Shown here in pieces: positions 22,039-34,736 of a stretch of 41,435 nucleotides of DNA. Source of the DNA: Perkinsus olseni (Eukaryota); assembly GCA_013115125.1 (NCBI GenBank), contig JABANN010000300.1:1-41435 (forward strand), given 5' to 3'. The translations under genes and the position numbers were made by a program. The stretch's first letter is position 1. The number at the start of each line of letters is the position of its first letter. Under the pieces are notes generated by a model. It searched no databases. It saw only the letters and a program-made list of their open reading frames with translations, and was not told the DNA's origin.

Positions 22039-25000
22039 TCAACGTCTTCTCCTTCTCTTGCGACTCTGCAGTCTAATATACTCTCGGCAGCATTTAACCA
22101 GCATCGACAGCACAAACGGGCCTTTGCAGTCATTGTGGAGCTCCAAGACCACCATGTCCAATTCTCCGTCCACCGCCAAGGAATTGCTGAGAAACGACAC
22201 GAGCTCTCTCATCTCCGAGAAAAACTCTGTTCCAACACGAACATCGAAACTTACAGGGTGTTCCAATTCGATATGCAAATCACAAAAATCAGTCTAATTC
22301 AGCACATACTACGTGTTTGAGGCTGAAACTTGAGTATGATATGCACTAACATATTTATGATTAAGTCTTTTGATATCAGCTAATCGATCGACCGTTTCAC
22401 TTACCTGTAGAATGAGGCTACAATATCGACACCGCTCCCTCCCCTGACCCTTCCAGAGCCACGAAAAGCTCAATGCTTAAACTCCAGCAACAAGCGCACA
22501 GTCGCAGCCACAGTTCCTACTACAGTTAGATCTTCGAGCTAAGATACTCCACAACGGAGAGAAATATCTCAGTTATCCCCGCAGATACTACTTCCCCGGC
22601 TCGCAGCCTCCTCCAAAACTGTCTTCCAAATTAACACATTCCACCCCGGCCGCAACATCCGCAGGTCTGATACCAGTTTTCGAAGGTGAGTCGGCTATCG
22701 GCATTCTCCACGAGGACCAGTCCAATGCTACCTGCGAAGACACTCGTTACTCGAAGTCTGAAATCTTCTCTCCATCGATTATCGATGTTCAAAAACGTAT
22801 AATCATCATCATCAACAGAATGTGGAGTTTAAGTCAAGAGAGCAAGCCTTAACAGCGCAGTTCTTATGAACGTAGCGGCCCAGATACTGGTGCTCGTTAG
22901 GAGAAGACATATAATTCGTCTTGAGCAAAATCGCACAATTTGCCAGGAGTTGATTGATTTGTCACGAAGCTACCACTACTACCGTGGTCGAGTTGGCATC
23001 ATTGGTGCCCACACCTACTCCTAATATACACGGATTACCATGTCCATCCAGACAACAAGCCGCGCCCAAGCTCCACTACCAGACCCTCCCCAAGACTACC
23101 GGTTTGCCCGCATCCGCTCTTCCCTCGCGATAGCGTCTATACTCTTCCATCCGAACCGGGCCCGCATCTCCGATGCACCTACTCATATTCCGTCCAATCG
23201 CCAGCGGATAGACAGTACCACAACCTCGTCTGCGCCGGCATGGTAGCTGGGGGCTCGAACTCAGGTTCGACCACCGTGCTGGATACTCTCCCACCCTCTT
23301 CGTCTCGAGTATATCTCCTATAGGCCATCGAGGGGACCTGACCACGAGCCTTCCGACAAACAGGATCTCGAGAGCCCCAGATCGTGCTTCTCGAAGTGAT
23401 CACGCTCGCGAAAGCCTCAGAAGCGCAACTCCACAGTTCTACGCGCCTAGAAATCTTGCTCTCTTGCCGTTTCCTGAATCTCCTTCCTTCGCCTCCCGTA
23501 TTCATCAGACAACCCTCATGCTCTCCATACTACGTCGTTTCTAGCAACCTCCATGCCACGACAGAGCCCCCGCGATTCCTCGCTAATCAGTCCCCACCGG
23601 AACCCACGTTCTGGCCAGCTGGTGAGGATGTCGGACTAGAATGAATGGACTCCCTGGCCGACCGTGGCAGTGGTTCTTCCGGGGATGGTGAGCGACTCTG
23701 AGACGAATCGAGCGCTTATTATCTGCTCAAAGAGAACTGCGAAGAAGCCCTCTAGACGAAATCTTGCAGGGAGGGCGAAGCAACTGGTCTCCTTGATCTC
23801 TGACGGTCTCTAAGGGATCCGATTTTTTGAGATTATTTGATGAATGTGAAGATCCAATAATGGCCATTCAGACCCGACCTACCCGTGTTCTCCACTCAGG
23901 CAACAAAGATACCGTTCTCCTGATTATCTTCATCACAGCACCCTCTACAATCTTCAACGGAAACAGACCGTCTCTTGTTACACTGCGCAACGGATCTGAA
24001 GATCTCCGCTCGAAAAAAGATATTTCCACTCCCGCTACTTCTCGCGTGCTCCCTCCCAACTGCGATCTGAGCAAACAGCAGCGCTTGCAGTTCTTCAACT
24101 GATACCAACCCGCAGGCCGTGAAATCTTTCAGAACTGCTTTATGCCGGGAAGACGGTCCAACACCAACGACCTGACCAGTGTCTTGATAATAAACATCTG
24201 CGGACTGAAAGACGTCCAATAGATGTTATCAACGTGGAGGCATGTCCCCGATGATGGTTCCCCTTGGGAAGGGAAATCTACTCCTTTTCCAGGAGTGGAG
24301 TGGTATCGAAAGAATTGAAAGAATATCAGAGAGAATCGTACGACAGCAACCAGCCCAATAGACGAGCAGCGCCCTCAACGAAACGGGACTGTTCGTAACA
24401 GTGTTCATAACCAGGTGACCCGTTCGACACCAGAGCTCCTCCGACCCTCCCACTAGCGCAGTATTCCCAACAGAGCCTCAGCTCGGCAAGTCCTCGTTTG
24501 ACTACGCAAGCGAAGCGAGAGACATCACCACTACCGACGAGACCACATCGACCCCTGTGCTTCACTACTTCATGTTCCTTTAAGTCAGCTTCCAACACAG
24601 CTTCTGCAAGATACGTCGCCACCTCCCCGCTAGTGAGATGCCGAGCCGTTAGTTTATCCGCGGGAACAGGGTAATCCGGAACGTTGAAAGGAACATCCAC
24701 AAGTCTCTGATACACATGAAAATAACCGTCGTCGCCACTTGCCTACCAACCTCAACAAACTGTGACTTCGTCATGAGCGTCGGTATCCGATGTGCCTTGG
24801 AGCACCCTCTGAGGGCCTTCGCTGTCGGTACGACAATGCTGGTGAAGACCTCTTGCTTATCTCCGAGTGCCAAGCCCGCAGGCCACAAATTCAAACTGAG
24901 AGATATCAATCAGGCTTTCCTGGGAAACCTCATTCGTACCTGGTCAACTTCTGCCGGAATAATGGCTCGTGAACTCCACACGAAGACGACCCGCCACCGG

Positions 25001-26250
25001 ATCGGCTCTGAGATTCTCCCAAGGCCTGAAGGGAATACCACTCCATCGCCAAATCCATTCTACCATCTTGATGAGTTCGCTATTCCGGTACCTTCCCGTA
25101 GAACTCCTAGCCAGTTGATAACAGTACACCCAGCATATCACAGCGCCTATCGAATCTAGTTCCGACCTTGCATCGCACATCTGGAAAACTCCTACAGCAT
25201 GTTCGGGTTGCCACAATCAATCTATGGGGCACCTCATAGCACCACAAATCTACCGCGTGTATTCCAGACGATATACCTATGCCCACTCTACTCTCATCCA
25301 GCAGTCCAGTAAACCCACCTTCTCAGTGGCGGCCACATACTCGTCGAACAGTTTACCCAGGTCAACTTCAGATTCCTCATTCTCGTTCCACCACTCCTCA
25401 ATATGCTCCAAAAACCGCCGCAAGTTATTCTCCACCCGCCGTTTGTCGTAGTATCTGCGTATTCAACTCACCACGAGGATTTCCTCGAGCGAAACGGAAA
25501 CTACAATTGCTACGAAATGCGTTTTCGCATACCAAGAAACCCTAGCGCATTGCTATCATGGACAGCCTGCCTCTCGTATCCGACCTTTGCGTTCACCCGC
25601 CCTCACAGTTTCTATGCCCACGTTCCCTTACTACCCCAGAGTAGAATAAGTCCCCTCAGATACTGGTGCAAGGATATGCCGGGTCAATTGATTGCCACGT
25701 CCACCTGAGATCACCAAGGCCTCGAGGACGGACCCAACAACGCCTCGATCATGGCCACGGCATGGATCCCCAACCTTCCCTCATGAAATCATTCCAAGAG
25801 GAGGGTACTACTATCTCGAGTCTAACATTCACACAGCAGCCGATTTCCTATCACAACCTTCCTATCACGCTTATATTCATATTCAGACTATATTCATAAT
25901 TAAAGAAAATAGAATACCCCTTCAGCAGACTCCCCTGCGGAGTCCACATATCCGCGAGTGACGGAAGAAGCATTAGAAAAACGGTGGCACAACGTTACCA
26001 AGACGGCTACCAAGATATTCCAAAAAGAGCAATCGACCCATCCACAGAACCCGAGGCTGCTCCACTACCAGGAGCCAGTCTTGCCAGTGCCGCCCGAATG
26101 GCTGGTGGGACACTGAGGCTCTCATCCAGCCACTCCCGATTAGGGCTCCCCCTCTCCAAAGCGTTCCTCCTCTCCACCAGATCAACCCCCGGCAGCGCAA
26201 CACTCGCCGGAGGCACTGCTGGTGTGGCCGACACGAACGAGGAGGATGCC
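22039..26250 (-). CDS. One or two multi-exon hypothetical protein genes
   Basis: Chain of short minus-strand coding-like blocks flanked by GT/AG, e.g. MASSSFVSATPAVPP, RRVENNLRRFLEHIEEWW, YQRLVDVPFNVPDYP and terminal EMRELVSFL...RKRRRR*. No family recognised. Confidence 0.4.
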
Positions 26251-26499
26251 ATCGGAATACCGCTGGTGTTGAGCGACTGAGAAAGGGACGACTTTTCACT
26301 GGTGAGAGAATCTAGACGAACCATGAGGGTGAACGCCCGAGCTTCAACCGCGGAGCGAGACGAAGAACATTTTTCATTATCAATCATGTAAGAATTTGAT
26401 AAAAAGAAAGCCTTAGAAATTGGAAAATACAGATTCGCGCACGAACTGTTCAGCAACGATGTTCGGTGCTGAAGTAAACTGTTCATGATGAGCCATGGC

Positions 26500-27811
26500 T
26501 CCCACTATCCTCAACTGCCATGCCCTATGCTGCTACTACCTGGTCAAATGCAGAAACCTTTACGTGGTAGCTCCGTACTGGCCTGTACATAACCGGGCCG
26601 CAAGTATTAGGCGGTGCCGGTGCCGGGGGTTGAACCGGAGTCGCCTGAGTTCAAGAACGAATCTCCTTCTCACTGAACCAGGCGTCCTGTCCATTCAGAA
26701 AACCGACAGACATCCTAATAAAGAGCAGCAATTCGAGAATACTACCACGGTGCGATATCCCGTCGCTGGAGTACCATACACCAGACTAGATGTCGTCAAC
26801 GGTGCCCTGTACCGCTCACCTGGCATCACCGTTCGCGGAGCCTGAAACGACCACACAGTTCTTCCCCTCGAAAATAAGAACTGTCTTGCAGTGAACAAAT
26901 GGCGGCGCACATTCGTCCCAGACCAAGACGGCATGAGAGTAGCCAGAATGCAAGACTTCGCATTCAGGATTCGTACACGCGCTGACGTACATGCTTGCCA
27001 CATACAGAGCGCAGAGCTCACTCCCCAGCAATGTCGAATTCATAATCCACCGCCAAGATCGAAAGTGGCTCCCTTACTACCTGAACCCTCGGTGACAATA
27101 CCGGACTCCTTGGGAGAGGCAACTGTCTAGTCGCCATAATCGGTGACCTATGCTGCACTACATGACCCTCATTTATGGGCTTCAACTGAGTCCTCATGTA
27201 GAGCGGCTGCGTAGTAGGCTGAGCGGTAAAATCTGATGAAAAAACTGACAAAACCGAACAGTGCCATCCTATTCTTACACCCCACTCTCCCTGCTTCAAC
27301 TGGACGCACTTCGCGACGGATAGCAGGAGTTGGGGAAACTGAAAAATAACAGTGGTACGAATCATACCAGACAGTACGAAGAAGGGTAGATTCATGCCGA
27401 GAGAAAAAAATTCCCGCGATAGTCCGAATACAGTCCCTTCAGAGCCTAGCAGAGCCAATCCATTGGACAAGGTGATGGGGCCTGCTTGGAAAAGGCTCAG
27501 CAAACTGGATTGCTACATACACCAACGGCCAAGTGAGTCGCAAAATCAAGCCAAACCGAAGGTTGAATGAACTGCGTCTCTGGAGTTTCGAGAGCACTCC
27601 CAGGATCGCCTCCTACACGTTAAATTCAATCCTGGGAGCGCTGCTGAAACTCAGGAGAGATCTGTTGAACACCCCAAAATATCGTCACTTCCAACCACTC
27701 ACTCTGCAGCGGCTGGGGGTTGGCAAAGTAAATCCCAGGCGGCCGTATTGTTACGGTACGACAGGCAGGAAGGACAGGAGAAGCGGCAGGACCCGTCGCA
27801 TACATCGTCAT
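26500..27811 (-). CDS. Possible Pro/Thr-rich multi-exon hypothetical gene
   Basis: Blocks MTMYATGPAASPVLPAC, QPTTQPLYMRTQLKP and APRTVMPGERYRAPL with flanking splice-like sites. Boundaries approximate. Confidence 0.3.
26615..26707 (-). pseudogene. tRNA-derived (Glu-like) relic with about 20-nt insertion in the anticodon region
   Basis: Minus strand reads GTCGGTT..AATGGACAGGAC GCCTGG..CAGG CGAC TCCGG TTCAACC CCCGG CACCGGC A. Confidence 0.45.
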
Positions 27812-27940
27812 GGGCAGTGCAAGAATCAACCTCAGGATATGCGCGATCGATTTAGCGCGCGCCCAAAAATTGGTGTCCAAGGTCGAGCGCAACAGATGCA
27901 AGTACAGTCAGAAACATCGACACATGAAAAAAACTGAAAA

Positions 27941-30900
27941 TCATTTCCTCTCTTTCTTCGCCAAGTCCCACAGTATCTGACCGACCATGATGACATGTCG
28001 CGCGCCACGAAATGCACCCTACCACTTGGGCTGCGTTTTTCCCCGGGGTGCCCATTACCCCACCGCCGGGATGAGCTCCAGCGCCGCAAAGATACCTATG
28101 AATGTTTGGGCCATGAAAGGAAGTCCGAGAATCCGAGCATCTCGCGCACGATTATAGAAGACCTACAGTCCATCTAGTGGAGTCCGGGCTTGAGGGCGAG
28201 TGTATCCAAGTTGATGCAGCTGCAGCGCACCGTGAAAGATATTCCCCTTGTGAAGACCAAACTCATGCTCGAGAATGAGGGGAGTGATTACCTGCAAGAG
28301 ATACTACAGGGTAACTTCGCAGGAAAACACGAAATTTTCCGGGAATTCGCGGGAATTTTCCGCCACGACATTGAAACAGCACGAAGGGACCAACGAAGAA
28401 CCATAGACGTTCGTTAACAACACAGCGCGCGAGATCGGCAGTACTTGGCTGCAAATGTCGAAAACGGTACTGCAAAACACGTAGGATGAGCTACGTGTAG
28501 CGTCACTCTGGTTCTCAACACGACTCATGCATCCGCAGATGCAGATAGTTACCAAAAGAATAGTGAGAGTACTCAGTCGGCACCCGTGTGGAACCACTTT
28601 ACTTTCGGTCCGAAAGTTTCGGACTGGCCAGCGCGCAGCCAGGTACGTCACGCGTTGGTCAGTGATGCAAGGGAATCAACGAGCATATGATAACAAATGT
28701 GGGAAAGCCGGGCTTTCAAAGCCCGTGATGCAGCGGAACTCGCAGTGCGCATTCGGACTTGGTGTAAGGGGCAACCGTAAGGATAGCCATGCATGCCCCA
28801 AGCCATTACAGTCTAAACACCAAATCATCTTGGCCTTCGCCCTGATCATAGGCACCTTCTGTGTCCAAGCTTCACGAAAGTCGTAGACTACCCTCTTCAA
28901 GAGGGCCTCTTGGCGTCAGCAGCTAATGCGGTAGGGTCCGATACATCGTCAAGGTTAACGCCACCATTACCTGCCAAACCTTCCGAGACTTTGAAGGAAG
29001 GTCTCTAGACTACCCCGAGTTGCCTCGCCATAAGCTAACAGTTCGGGTGTCATCGGTACATCCCTCTCGATGCCAGGCAAACGGACAGTCTTGTTGATGG
29101 CACGCTGTAGCAATGGGAATACCGACAAATCATTAGTGGTTAGTCGTTGAAGAAGACGTCCAACCGACTGCACTACCACCTCGACCCGGTTCTGAGTTTC
29201 CGGAGAGTAGCCTCGGAACCCGCGTAATTCAATATCAACTTGACATCTGTCTGAGACACGAAAGGCGGTGTCTGCCTAGTTGATGCTGCCGAATCGGCAG
29301 TGTCACTGCCGCAGTGTCGATGATTCGCCGTCCAGGACGGCCCGTCCTCAAGAAAATAAAATCAAGAATAGCGCGCCAACTCGTAGATTCGGCGGCTGAA
29401 ATTATTTCAGCCTCCCAGGAGTAGAAACTACGCTGCTGTGCGGTCCAGAAAGACCTGGCCCCACACTTTCGAGAGGAAGAAGACTTCTTCAAGGAGGCTG
29501 CAAATATAGAGTACGATGCTCGTCTAATTCTCGATTCTGTCGTGCGCGTCGCAAATTTTTCGATAACACCATCAGTATGCGCAGAACGACACGCCCCACA
29601 GGCCTACATCCTTGTGTAGCACCGAGTTAGCGAAATCGGGGTCATACTCGTGAATAACATCGAAGACTCTTTCTACAAAACGCTCCACGAAGCCTGGATC
29701 TGCCCAGGAGCCGTGATTGGGGTTAACGTCGTAGGGGGCGTACCTGATACAAACTCAACGCGCTAGGCCGAGCGTGGCGCCTGGCGGCTGTATCATAGGG
29801 ACATGCCGCCGGCATGATGCCGGATGAGATTAGTTGCCCACCGGGCAATTTCTTGACCAAAAAAGCGAAAACGCTAGCTACGTCGACAGCGGAAGGGTAC
29901 AAGTCATATTTTGGGTTACGCCAGACTGACGCGTGCTACGTACTGTTTCGAAGCCACCAGTCTCGCTCAACACTGTTAGAACGAAGAATTCCGGCAGTAG
30001 AACAGCATGGCAAGAACCATAGCCCCCCAGCCTACTGCACGAAGAGCTGGCAAATGTGATGGCCGGAGTTGTAGGGAACGAGGCTCGAGTCCAGTATCTA
30101 TCAGCATCATCATCACTGACAGCAGTTCTATTGCGGGGTTACGCTAGGTAGAGTCATTTCCACCACAGGTCTCGTCGCCGGTATGCCCGATCGGGCCTCA
30201 TGTGCTGCAACTTCGATCTGCCCGAGGGAGGTTTCGAAATGAACCGTCCCTTGGAGGTGCTCAGGGGCAACGCCGGGTATCTGAAAACCGTGCATACGCG
30301 GACAATCTCAACTCGAAAAAATAGGAAAAACGAAACACACACAACTAGTAGTTGTCAACTACCAGCAGCTGCCTTCACTACACTGCAGCGAGTGAAACGC
30401 TACTCCACGTTAGAAAAATAAAGTCTCCGAAATTCTCTCAGATTGAAAACCGCATGGTTTTTCGGATCCGCGGCATCATACGAGCTATTTCTCCGCTTCG
30501 GAAAGTCGGACAGACCTGAGGAAGCCTGTCAACTGCACAATTGATCTTCATCGCACCACAAGAGTAATCAGTAAACCGTATCTGACTCGTGAATCTATCG
30601 CCAAGCGACTTCGGCCGGTCGGAAGCGTTCAGCGGTAGCAATTCGAGGAACCTGAAAAACAACAGCAGCTTAGGAGATGATAACCCAGGACAATGCCCCC
30701 CTTGTCACGATGAGGAACCAGCAGTGAACTTCAAGAGGTTGATCGAAGTAACAGATTTTTCCCGATGCCCTGATGTTTATTCTTTCATGCTAGTCTGTCC
30801 TTACAGGCTAACACGCGGTAGTCGGCCCTCGGGCGATAGATCACCGTTATGTTCAAGGTAGGAGTCCTACCGTAGGACTCACGCGACACCAGTAAACCTA

Positions 30901-33900
30901 TCATCAGGGTGACTTACGTATGCCACGGTGTAGCATTCGATACCACACACATCTTGGCTCGAAGCTGGGTACCATCAGACATCTCCACACCCGTAGCACG
31001 AGTTCCATCGTGAGTTATTCTCTGAACCTGCGAGAATAAAAAGCTGCAACAGATGAGATTCTGCTACCGTGCATACGACTTGCACCGGTGATACACCCAT
31101 CAGTGATGGGCCATCACTGACCTGAGCATCCGTCATGATGACAGCTCCCGCCTGCATCGCTCGCTCGGCAATGGCACTCGATATCCTTCCCATGCCGCCC
31201 TCCACGTAAGCCCACACGCCTTGACGACCGTTGACGTTACCCAAAACATGATGAAGGAGTACCTAACGGCAGGTTGAGCATACATGGAGTCATACGAATG
31301 ATCGATCCGTCGGACTTGCCGTGGTGTGCTTCAATTTGGAATTTTGATTCGAAATTTTTGAAGGGTGCCAGCCAGGTTAACTGCGGATTGAGCACGCAAC
31401 ACACGGGAAAGCTTGGCGAAAGGAGAACATAATGTGGGGATGGTTGATCCGAGCGGGGACTCCCTGCTGAGCTGAGCGATGACGATTCGTCACGATTCGT
31501 TCGTCATTGACGAATGATGCCTCCCTGCAAGGGAGTGAACGGTGAACTTCGCCCAACGCCAGTTCTCACGTCTACTAAAAGCATCTCCGTACAGGATTCT
31601 AGTAACAAGACACTATCTGCCGAAATCGTCAGCTTGACTCTTCAGGAAAGCCTCTGAGTTTCCCATCCGGCTCTCTTCGGAAGCAAGCTAGTGCCTGAGC
31701 CCCACCATTACTCTCCCAGCAGTCCGGAAACGCTTCTCAAGAATTTGCGATAACGCAAATAGGCTCGAACATGATCCGAGTACCGAAGACTTCAAAGCAC
31801 AGTTATATACGTACCATTCAGACTGATTATGTACGCGAGAACAAGAGCGCACATCACTAGTAATTTCCTCAATAGTCTTCAGTGAATACTCTTCACGCTC
31901 ACGCGGAGCTAGCCACAACATTTTGACCACGAAGGGAAGGCCAAGGAGAGAATGGGCCTTGTGGAGCGCCGCGTGATAAGTGCCGGCTGTGCCGCGGTGT
32001 TGCAGACTCGGCGAGTCTGACTCCCCAACCAGCAACTCACCGACAGATCCGGAATAGGAAAAGGAGAAATGTAGGAGTACTGCCCACGTGCCTTTAAGGC
32101 ACCGCGGCAGTGCCACTGCATCAGTGTCGTCTAACTCCGCTCTCTAACGGCACTAACCGCACCGCTCTCTAAGTCCCGCTTAGCGAGGAGAGATCGCACT
32201 CTCGCAACGAGAGTCAGCGAGGAGAAGGTCACTCCATCTGATACTGGAGATTCTCCAGAGGACGAGCCCTTGCGACCTTTGTCAGCGGAAACATCGCATG
32301 GAGGTTCTCGAGGATAATAGCATTCTCCGAGTACCCGCTGGCCTAGGGCAGCTCGGCAGGTCCATTCGCTGAGCGGGCACGTAATCCTGTAGCCCGGTGA
32401 CTGCGGGGTATCCTCACCTTCTCAAGACTTACTCCCCCGCAGTTGAGGTTCACAGCCGCGCTTGAGGACCCGGACTTACCCGGACTGCCGAGACGTGTGG
32501 TGTCCACACTCTGTTCTCCAGAAAATTTGTGCATAACACGAAGGTTGAAGGTATCTCAGATCTTCCGCCAGGCCGAGCAGGATCGATATCAAAGGAAATT
32601 GGGCGAGAACTTCGAACTGAGCGCCACACTCGTCATATGGGCAACGAGCTCAATATGGCGTACCAATAGCATTGACTCAATACTAGAACTGCTAGTCTAG
32701 CAGTGACTTCGTTGGGCATACAATGACAACGAAAGTAACTGTATTCGCAAAGGGCCTTGGTTCCAATTTTACACGCGCCACGCAGTGTTTGACGCATCAC
32801 CTTACGTAGGCACTTCCGCAATCCGCCGGACTCGCCATGCTGCCGATAACAGCATCTGTCGCTAGTGTAGCCTTGAGAACATCCGTTTCAAACCACCGGT
32901 CCAGTATTTGTGACGCAGGTGCGGTGAAGAGCTCGTACTGAACACCGAAGAACGTTCTCTACCGAGCAAGGACGACGACTCCTCACCAAATCCGGTATCG
33001 CGTCGCTGTGCTTTGTAAGTCTTTTAAGCGTCTTCATTATTCGCAACGAATGATTGACGAACTCCGGTATGCTCTTCGCGTCTGACGAGCCGGCCCGAAG
33101 TCGCCTAGCTACACACCCACGAAAACTCTTACCCGATGGGCGCATCGGGCATCCCTGCATGAGCGGCTCCAACACTTCCCGCATTTCCTTCAGCAATTGC
33201 TCGTACCTGAGAAAACGCTCCGTCAAGGGACCCGGTCGGTTCAATCGAGACCTACAAGGGAAACACATGAGCATCCCTCTCTGAGAACTCGGCGATGCTC
33301 TCTATGGTCTTCTTATGATCGCCCCACATCAAGAGCGGCCTGAGCGCGATAACGGTAAAGTTTTATGTAGAACACTACGGCATCCGATGTGGTCTAGCTG
33401 GTCAGGATAACCACGACCAGTGACTGGCTTCGAGTGTTGGAACTATCGATAAACGGGGAGGCGTGCGCCTCTGATAATCAGAAACATAACGCAAACACAC
33501 TACAGACAATGTGCCACTAGATGAATTCAGATTCCCTTCATGCAACTTCAAATTCAGTTCGAGAACCTACCACAGTTAGTGTCTCACCTTCCCCTGTAAA
33601 TGGGGTGACTCTGGGGCGTAGGCGTCACTGACCCCGGATCCCGCAACAGATACTTGAACCCACCCGTCCCTGACATATTCACAAGATGCTCCGAATACTG
33701 ATAGCACGACATACATTCTCTGGTGAGATCCAAATCTTTGATGATCTCAGGATTGAGCAGCCCGGCCAAGTAGCTGCAACGGCTGTACTTGTACCTGACG
33801 CACCGACCATAAGCCATTTTCAGACGAATGAATCATGACACATAACGAGAGACACATAATTATATATAAAGATATACATAAAATTCCCGAACATCCGGAA

Positions 33901-34131
33901 TTCTATGGTGTCAGGATACCCGAACCTCACCCCGGGAAGAGCTCCTCTGTGACAGCAGCACCTCCAACAACATGACGCCTCTCCAATACTAGTACATCAT
34001 AGCCCTGAGCAGGCCGAGATTCGAGCGCCAAAACTCGATTCACCGCGGCTTACCTCTTTGGCCAGATATGCAGCGGTGATCAGGCCGTTGTGACCACCTC
34101 CGATTATTATAACGTCGTACTCTTTCTCCAT
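27941..34131 (-). CDS. PYROXD2: PYROXD2-like FAD-dependent oxidoreductase (phytoene dehydrogenase-like), multi-exon
   Basis: [106 protein letters not shown] and [15 protein letters not shown] appear in order. Stop at 27941. Confidence 0.93.
28700..29600 (-). mobile_element. Degenerate LTR-retrotransposon integrase fragment within PYROXD2 intron 28292-29607
   Basis: CGAC (HHCC-type CxxC) is in frame with [14 protein letters not shown]. After a frameshift come [11 protein letters not shown] (YxPxxNxxxE-like motif), AIN and TPELLAYG. Confidence 0.6.
33383..33442 (+). pseudogene. tRNA-Glu-like relic, antisense in a PYROXD2 intron
   Basis: 5' end TCCGATG TG GTCTAGCTGGTCAGGAT is a typical Glu acceptor plus D arm. 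The remainder is shortened, with TTCGA and a wobble-pairing TGTTGGA end. Confidence 0.5.
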
Positions 34132-34736
34132 GAACGTGGGAGTTTCGTTGCGCGGAGCTGCGTACTTCGATCTGATGCACATCAAAAACTCCCACGCTTT
34201 CGCGAGAGGTCCCTCTATTCTGACTTAATTCTCGCTTCCTGCTTCTCTTCAGTTAGAGCCCCTGTCTCGTAGTTCGGTGGCAAGTCGCTCATCTGCGAGA
34301 ATGTATACCTGCATTGTCAGAGCAGAACCTAGCCGACTGGTTACGAGGGTTACGTCTGCGGATACGGCGGTCTGCTGGGCCCCAAAGGTCGGACATCACG
34401 CCAGAGCAGTGGCTCAGTTGAAGGTTCCATCAACCCATTTGAAGCACAGGGCAAGGCCGACCACCTGAGACAAAAATACTGTAACTTCCTGAACCGCAAC
34501 AGTAGCGAGCAGACTTGCTCCAGCAGACATTTTTCTATCGGGTCCGAAGATTCCGCGCGTGATAAATTCAGAGACAAAGAAACATGAGGCTAGCCGATCG
34601 GATGCTATATTCGTTCAAGTGAGCTATGCTTGAAAAAACTGCGAGGAAATCACATTTTTGGGATTGAAATTAGTGACGGCGCGCTGCTTCCTCGAGCGGG
34701 TTTCGCGCTGGCGCAACGCCTGTGGTTTGTACGCGA

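Noticed and set aside
27941..30520. Initial impression that PYROXD2 is truncated by the retroelement relic
   Set aside because: Remaining exons were found at ~30280-30143, 30098-30036, 29743-29608, 28291-28167 and 28097-27941, completing the protein.
30949..30964. Partial match to the perkinsid/dinoflagellate spliced leader (CATCTTGGCTC)
   Set aside because: Only about 11 nt, antisense within a PYROXD2 coding exon, with no following donor or Sm-like site.
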